The notes under the pieces are model-generated. The model had not been told where the DNA came from, did no database searches, and saw only the letters and a program-made list of their open reading frames with translations. Shown one piece after another: positions 60,360 to 64,000 of a stretch of DNA of 64,000 nucleotides (positions within the stretch are counted from its first letter, which is position 1; every line of letters starts with the position of its first letter). A program made the position numbers and the translations under genes. Origin of the DNA: an uncultured Limimaricola sp. (GTDB lineage Bacteria; Pseudomonadota; Alphaproteobacteria; Rhodobacterales; Rhodobacteraceae). The DNA is taken from NCBI RefSeq assembly GCF_964022235.1, contig NZ_CAXHZL010000006.1:65300-129299 (forward strand). Reading direction: 5' to 3'.

Positions 60360-61536
60360 CGGCCATGACCGGCTCGGCCCCGGAGGTCGTCAAAGGCTCG
60401 GGCGTGCCACCGGCGAAGTTGCGATAGGTGAAGCGATCCGACCCACCGCTCGAGTCGCGCAGCGCCGCGGCGAAGATTTCCTCGTGGCGCGGCGACAGCG
60501 CGCAGGCCGGATCGGTGGCGCCTGCGTCACCGGTGAGCGCGAAGGCCTGACAACGGCAGCCGCCGTAATCCTCTTCCTTGTGGGCGCAGCCCCGGCAGGG
60601 TTCGGGCATCCAAGCGGTCCCGCGATAGAGGTTGAGCGCCTCCGAATGTTCCCAGATCCAAGCGAGCGAGTGGTCGCGCACGCTGTCGAAATCGAGCGCG
60701 GTGATCGTTTCGGCGGCGTGGCAGGGCAGCACCTTGCCAGAGGGCGAAATGTTGAAGAACTGCCGCCCCCAGCCGCCCATGCATTTCTTAGGCCGCGCGG
60801 CGTAGTAGTCGGGTTCGACATAGTCGATGGCAAGCCGGCCCCCGAGCCGGGTGCGCGCCGCCTCGACCACCGTGCTTGCCTCTTCGATCTGCGCCAGCGT
60901 CGGCATCAGGGCGGCGCGATTCTTCAGCGCCCAGCCGTAATATTGCACGTTGGCCACCTCGAGCCGGGCCGCGTCAAGCGAGACCGCCATGTCGATGATC
61001 TCGGGCAATTGGTGCAGGTTCTGCCGGTGCATCACCGCATTGACCGTCAGCGGCAGGTCCAGCTCGCGCACCCATGCCGCTGCTTCGAGCTTCCTGGCGT
61101 GCCCCTTGCGGTAGCCACCGATGCGGTTGCCAAGCGTTTCCTCGCTCGATTGGAAGCTGATCTGCACGTGGTCGAGACCGGCCTCGGCCAGCGCAGCGAG
61201 GCGCGCCTTCGTCAGAGTTACGGCCGAGGTGATGAGATTGGTATAGAGCCCGACCTCGGCAGCGCGAGCGACGAGGTGTTCGAGATCGCGCCGGGCCAGG
61301 GGCTCACCGCCCGAGAAATGCACCTGTAGCACGCCAAGGTCCGCCAGCTCTCCCAAGACCCGCAGCCAGTCGTCGCACGACAGCTCGGCGTTGGCGCGCT
61401 CCATCTCCACGGGGTTGGAGCAGTAGGGGCATTGCAGCGGGCAACGGTGGGTGATCTCGGCCAGCACCGCCACGGGAATGCCAAAGCCCGCGGTGGCGGC
61501 GGGCGACAGCCCACCCATGGTCTGCTCGTCCTTCAT
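60346..61536 (-). CDS. pqqE: PQQ biosynthesis radical-SAM protein PqqE
   Basis: CPLQCPYCSN radical-SAM motif plus SPASM cysteines. ATGA overlap with pqqD. Confidence 0.93.
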   Translation of the reverse strand: MKDEQTMGGLSPAATAGFGIPVAVLAEITHRCPLQCPYCSNPVEMERANAELSCDDWLRVLGELADLGVLQVHFSGGEPLARRDLEHLVARAAEVGLYTNLITSAVTLTKARLAALAEAGLDHVQISFQSSEETLGNRIGGYRKGHARKLEAAAWVRELDLPLTVNAVMHRQNLHQLPEIIDMAVSLDAARLEVANVQYYGWALKNRAALMPTLAQIEEASTVVEAARTRLGGRLAIDYVEPDYYAARPKKCMGGWGRQFFNISPSGKVLPCHAAETITALDFDSVRDHSLAWIWEHSEALNLYRGTAWMPEPCRGCAHKEEDYGGCRCQAFALTGDAGATDPACALSPRHEEIFAAALRDSSGGSDRFTYRNFAGGTPEPLTTSGAEPVMADDDG

Positions 61537-61838
61537 GACGCCTCCGCCATATCACGCAAAAACCCCTTGGCCGCGAGGTCGTCCAGCATGGTGCAGATGT
61601 CGCTCAGGATCGCGGCCTCCGGCGCGTCGTAGATCCGCGCCAAGGTCGCGGCGATCTCCCCCAGCGTCGCCACCCCGTCGCAGAGCTTGAGCACCTCGAC
61701 CGCCGTCTCGTCGGGCACCAGCACGCGCTCGGGGGCGAGCAATACCCAGATGCCGCGCGCGCGGTCGAAGCGCAGCTTTACGAAGCGGGGCAGGGCGGGG
61801 CGGCTTTGCGCGTGAAGGGAGGCTTGCATCAGGCTCAT
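61533..61838 (-). CDS. pqqD: PQQ biosynthesis peptide chaperone PqqD
   Basis: 101 aa. Position and PqqD-like sequence (LAPERVLVPDETAVEVLKLCDG). Confidence 0.88.
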   Translation of the reverse strand: MSLMQASLHAQSRPALPRFVKLRFDRARGIWVLLAPERVLVPDETAVEVLKLCDGVATLGEIAATLARIYDAPEAAILSDICTMLDDLAAKGFLRDMAEAS

Positions 61839-62608
61839 GCCATGTCCTCCGGGCGGAACGCACCGGGCGGGGGAAAGCCCGAAACATAGGCGTGGTAGAG
61901 TGCGTCGAGCTGCACCCAGAGCACGTCTGTCTTGAACACAAGCGCCTCGCAGACGAGCGCGCGCTGCTCAGGCGTACGGGCGTGGGTCTTGACGTAATCG
62001 AGCGCGAAGCCTGCGTCGCGCGGGGCCTGGCCCAGACGGCGCTGGAAATAGGTCATGATGCCGGGGTGGATGAAGTCGTAATGCGCCAGCATCCCCGAAA
62101 TCCGTCGCTCATGCAGGCTCGGCGCGAAAAGCTCGGTCAGCGAGGAGGCGATGGCTTCGAGCGGCGAGCGGGTGCCGACGAAGTTGACATAGGCGTCGAC
62201 CGCGAACCGGGTTGCGGGCAGGATACCGCGTGCCGATGTCACGTAGCCTTCGTCGAGGCCGAGCCCGGTGGTGAGGACGAGCCAGCGGTCGATGCCGCCT
62301 TCGTCGCCGGGCGACCCGTCGTGATCCTCGATCCGGTGCCGCCACTCCATCCGGGTTTCGCGGTCCCGAAACCGTGACAGCACAACCGCGTCCTTGATCG
62401 GAATCGAGGACTGGTAATACCAGCGGTTCAGCGCCCAGGCCTGCACCTGACCCCGGTTCAGCCGTCCGCAGTGCAGCATGTCGTGAAACGGATGCAGGTC
62501 GTGATAGCGCGCCGCGCCGATGGCGCGCAGCCGCCGCTCCAGCGCCGCCGCGCTTTCCAATGGCTCCTCGGTATAGGCGAACGAGGTGTCAAAGCTCATG
62601 TCGGTCAT
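61835..62608 (-). CDS. pqqC: Pyrroloquinoline-quinone synthase PqqC
   Basis: 257 aa. RYHDLHPFHDMLHCG and ALNRWYYQ motifs. Confidence 0.93.
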   Translation of the reverse strand: MTDMSFDTSFAYTEEPLESAAALERRLRAIGAARYHDLHPFHDMLHCGRLNRGQVQAWALNRWYYQSSIPIKDAVVLSRFRDRETRMEWRHRIEDHDGSPGDEGGIDRWLVLTTGLGLDEGYVTSARGILPATRFAVDAYVNFVGTRSPLEAIASSLTELFAPSLHERRISGMLAHYDFIHPGIMTYFQRRLGQAPRDAGFALDYVKTHARTPEQRALVCEALVFKTDVLWVQLDALYHAYVSGFPPPGAFRPEDMA

Positions 62609-63531
62609 GGGGAGATCTCCTCACCGGCGCGGGGCACCCGCCATCCCGCTGCCTCGGCCTCGGCCCGCTCGGCGCTATCCGGGCGCAGCAGCGGGTTCGA
62701 GTTGTTGATGTGCACGAAGAGTTTCTGCGTAATGCCCAGATCCGCGAGGCCCGCAATCGCGCCCTTCGGCCCCGAAACCGAAACATGGCCCATGCGCCGT
62801 CCGGTCTTGTGGTGCAGGCCCTGTTCGATCAGCTCATCGTCGCGCCACAGCGTGCCGTCGAACAACACCATCGCCGCGCCGCGCAACCGGTCGCGCAGCG
62901 CCGTCGTGATACGCCCGCAGGCAGCGATGACAAAGACCTCCCTGTCGCCTTGCGTGGTGCCGATGCGCAGGCCCAGCGTGTCGCCGGGCCGTTCCTCGCT
63001 GGGTTCGGCCCGACCTTCGAGATACCACGCGGGTTTGCCCGGCACCTCGAAGGCCTCAATCACGAGACCGGATGGTCGGCCATCCGGCAGACGCGGCTCG
63101 AACGGGGTATCGAGCACGATCTCGCGGCGGGCGACGAGATCGGGGTGCAGCACGCCGAACAGGCTGTTTTCGGCCAACACCCCTAGGACGCGGGCGTGGG
63201 CATGGATGGTGAAGGGTGAGCCTTCGCGCAGCGACAACAACCCCGCCACCGCGTCGACCTCACCATTGGTGAGGATGACGCCCGCGATGGGGCTGTCGCG
63301 CAGGCGGCCAGCGCGCGGGTGCAGGCAGGGCGTGGCGTTGATCTGCTGGCGGATGTCGGGCGAGGCGTTGATCAAAAACCAATGCGCGCCGTCGGCGCTG
63401 ACCGCGATCCCGGCCTGCCCCTCGTGGGTTTCGGGCGCGGCGCGCGCGGCGCGGCACCCCTCGCAATTGCAGTTCCACTGCGGGAATCCCCCGCCCGCCG
63501 CGCAGCCCAGAACGGTGATCTTCAGCATCAT
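62605..63531 (-). CDS. pqqB: PQQ biosynthesis protein PqqB (metallo-beta-lactamase fold)
   Basis: Internal ATG at 63531/63528 (MMLKITVLGCAAGGGFPQWNCNCEGC). The 436-aa track ORF extends over pqqA and is not credible. Confidence 0.9.
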   Translation of the reverse strand: MMLKITVLGCAAGGGFPQWNCNCEGCRAARAAPETHEGQAGIAVSADGAHWFLINASPDIRQQINATPCLHPRAGRLRDSPIAGVILTNGEVDAVAGLLSLREGSPFTIHAHARVLGVLAENSLFGVLHPDLVARREIVLDTPFEPRLPDGRPSGLVIEAFEVPGKPAWYLEGRAEPSEERPGDTLGLRIGTTQGDREVFVIAACGRITTALRDRLRGAAMVLFDGTLWRDDELIEQGLHHKTGRRMGHVSVSGPKGAIAGLADLGITQKLFVHINNSNPLLRPDSAERAEAEAAGWRVPRAGEEISP

Positions 63532-63568
63532 GGTCCTTTCGAAAGGCGCGGCAGGCGGGGTGCGGTCG

Positions 63569-63649
63569 TCAGGTCCGCTTGGCGCAGGCGTACATGTTGA
63601 TTTCCATGCCGACTTCGACTTCGACGATTTTGGGGGCTTTCCAGGCCAT
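63569..63649 (-). CDS. pqqA: PQQ precursor peptide PqqA (26 aa)
   Basis: Absent from the ORF track because it is too short. My translation is [26 protein letters not shown], with the conserved W, the E-x3-Y (E16..Y20) cross-link pair and GGAG 7 nt upstream of the ATG. Confidence 0.88.
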   Translation of the reverse strand: MAWKAPKIVEVEVGMEINMYACAKRT

Positions 63650-63891
63650 GCGTCACTCCTAGCGTTGCGATCCACCGGCGAGACCGGCGGCGGGCGGCGA
63701 TGGCCCGTGACATCGAGCCTAGCAGCGGGGCGAGGGGGCCAGTATTGGCGGAAGGTCGTAGAGACAGCGCGGTCGTGAGCGGGCCGGGCCTCGGGTATCT
63801 CTCGAAATTCTTGAAGGACCGTCTCGTGCTGCGTGGTTTCGCGGATCCCTCCGCACGCTATGCTTCGGGTCGAACAACAAGGGGATCTTCG

Positions 63892-64000
63892 ATGGGCGGG
63901 TATTTGACGACGCATGTTCTGGACACGGCGAGGGGCTGCCCTGCGGCGGGGCTCGGGGTCGAGCTGGCGCGGATCGAGGGCGAACGCCGCGAGGTGCTGC
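63892..64000 (+). CDS. Hydroxyisourate hydrolase (transthyretin-like), 5' part only
   Basis: [36 protein letters not shown] is a typical HIUase N-terminus. AAGGGGA RBS. Runs off the window. Confidence 0.75.
   Translation, partial: MGGYLTTHVLDTARGCPAAGLGVELARIEGERREVL

Noticed and set aside
62605-63915. 436-aa version of the pqqB ORF
   Set aside because: The extra 128 N-terminal residues are Arg/Pro-rich, cover the pqqA locus and its promoter, and are absent from PqqB proteins. The MMLKITVLG start fits the family.

Overview
64-kb, visibly very GC-rich, gene-dense alphaproteobacterial-type sequence. Protein matches and operon style look Rhodobacteraceae/Paracoccus-like, but the organism cannot be determined by eye and no GC value was computed. 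I can support about 65 protein genes, nearly all in tightly coupled operons with many ATGA/TGATG stop-start overlaps. Left to right: (1) a non-PTS MurNAc/GlcNAc-type locus: GntR, BadF-type kinase, MurQ etherase, and a CUT1 ABC importer with an embedded Gfo/Idh/MocA oxidoreductase. (2) A nine-gene minus-strand operon: Dpp/Opp-type ABC importer, gamma-glutamyltransferase, DUF1028, TauE/SafE exporter, GntR. (3) An amiC-amiR-led operon with a second Dpp/Opp-type importer and an FmdA/AmdA amidase, preceded by a leader terminator. (4) A CoxMNOP-like alternative cytochrome c oxidase cluster (II, I, two subunit-III paralogues, IV) plus an EF-hand periplasmic protein. (5) DedA, Lrp, a CtlX-like hydrolase, ornithine cyclodeaminase and a spermidine-synthase-like protein. 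(6) A complete plasmid-type replication/partition module (rep, 22-bp iterons, parA, parB) bracketed by two identical 16-bp palindromes. (7) XdhC, a c550-like cytochrome and an IorAB-like periplasmic molybdoenzyme. (8) gcvTHP behind a tandem glycine riboswitch. (9) An L-fucose-type sugar locus. (10) A shikimate-dehydrogenase-like gene plus a decayed dehydroshikimate-dehydratase pseudogene. (11) pqqABCDE coupled to a prolyl aminopeptidase; pqqA is too short for the ORF track. (12) The 5' end of hydroxyisourate hydrolase. I saw no rRNA, tRNA, CRISPR, transposase, integrase, phage or recognisable defence genes. The replicon looks like a chromid or megaplasmid. I found no clear-cut new system. The most unusual items are the AmiC/AmiR-controlled amidase plus peptide-type importer with its leader terminator, the GGT-DUF1028-TauE operon, the pqqE-coupled S33 peptidase, and the palindrome-bracketed replication module. 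All function calls rest on by-eye motif and family recognition, not on database searches.
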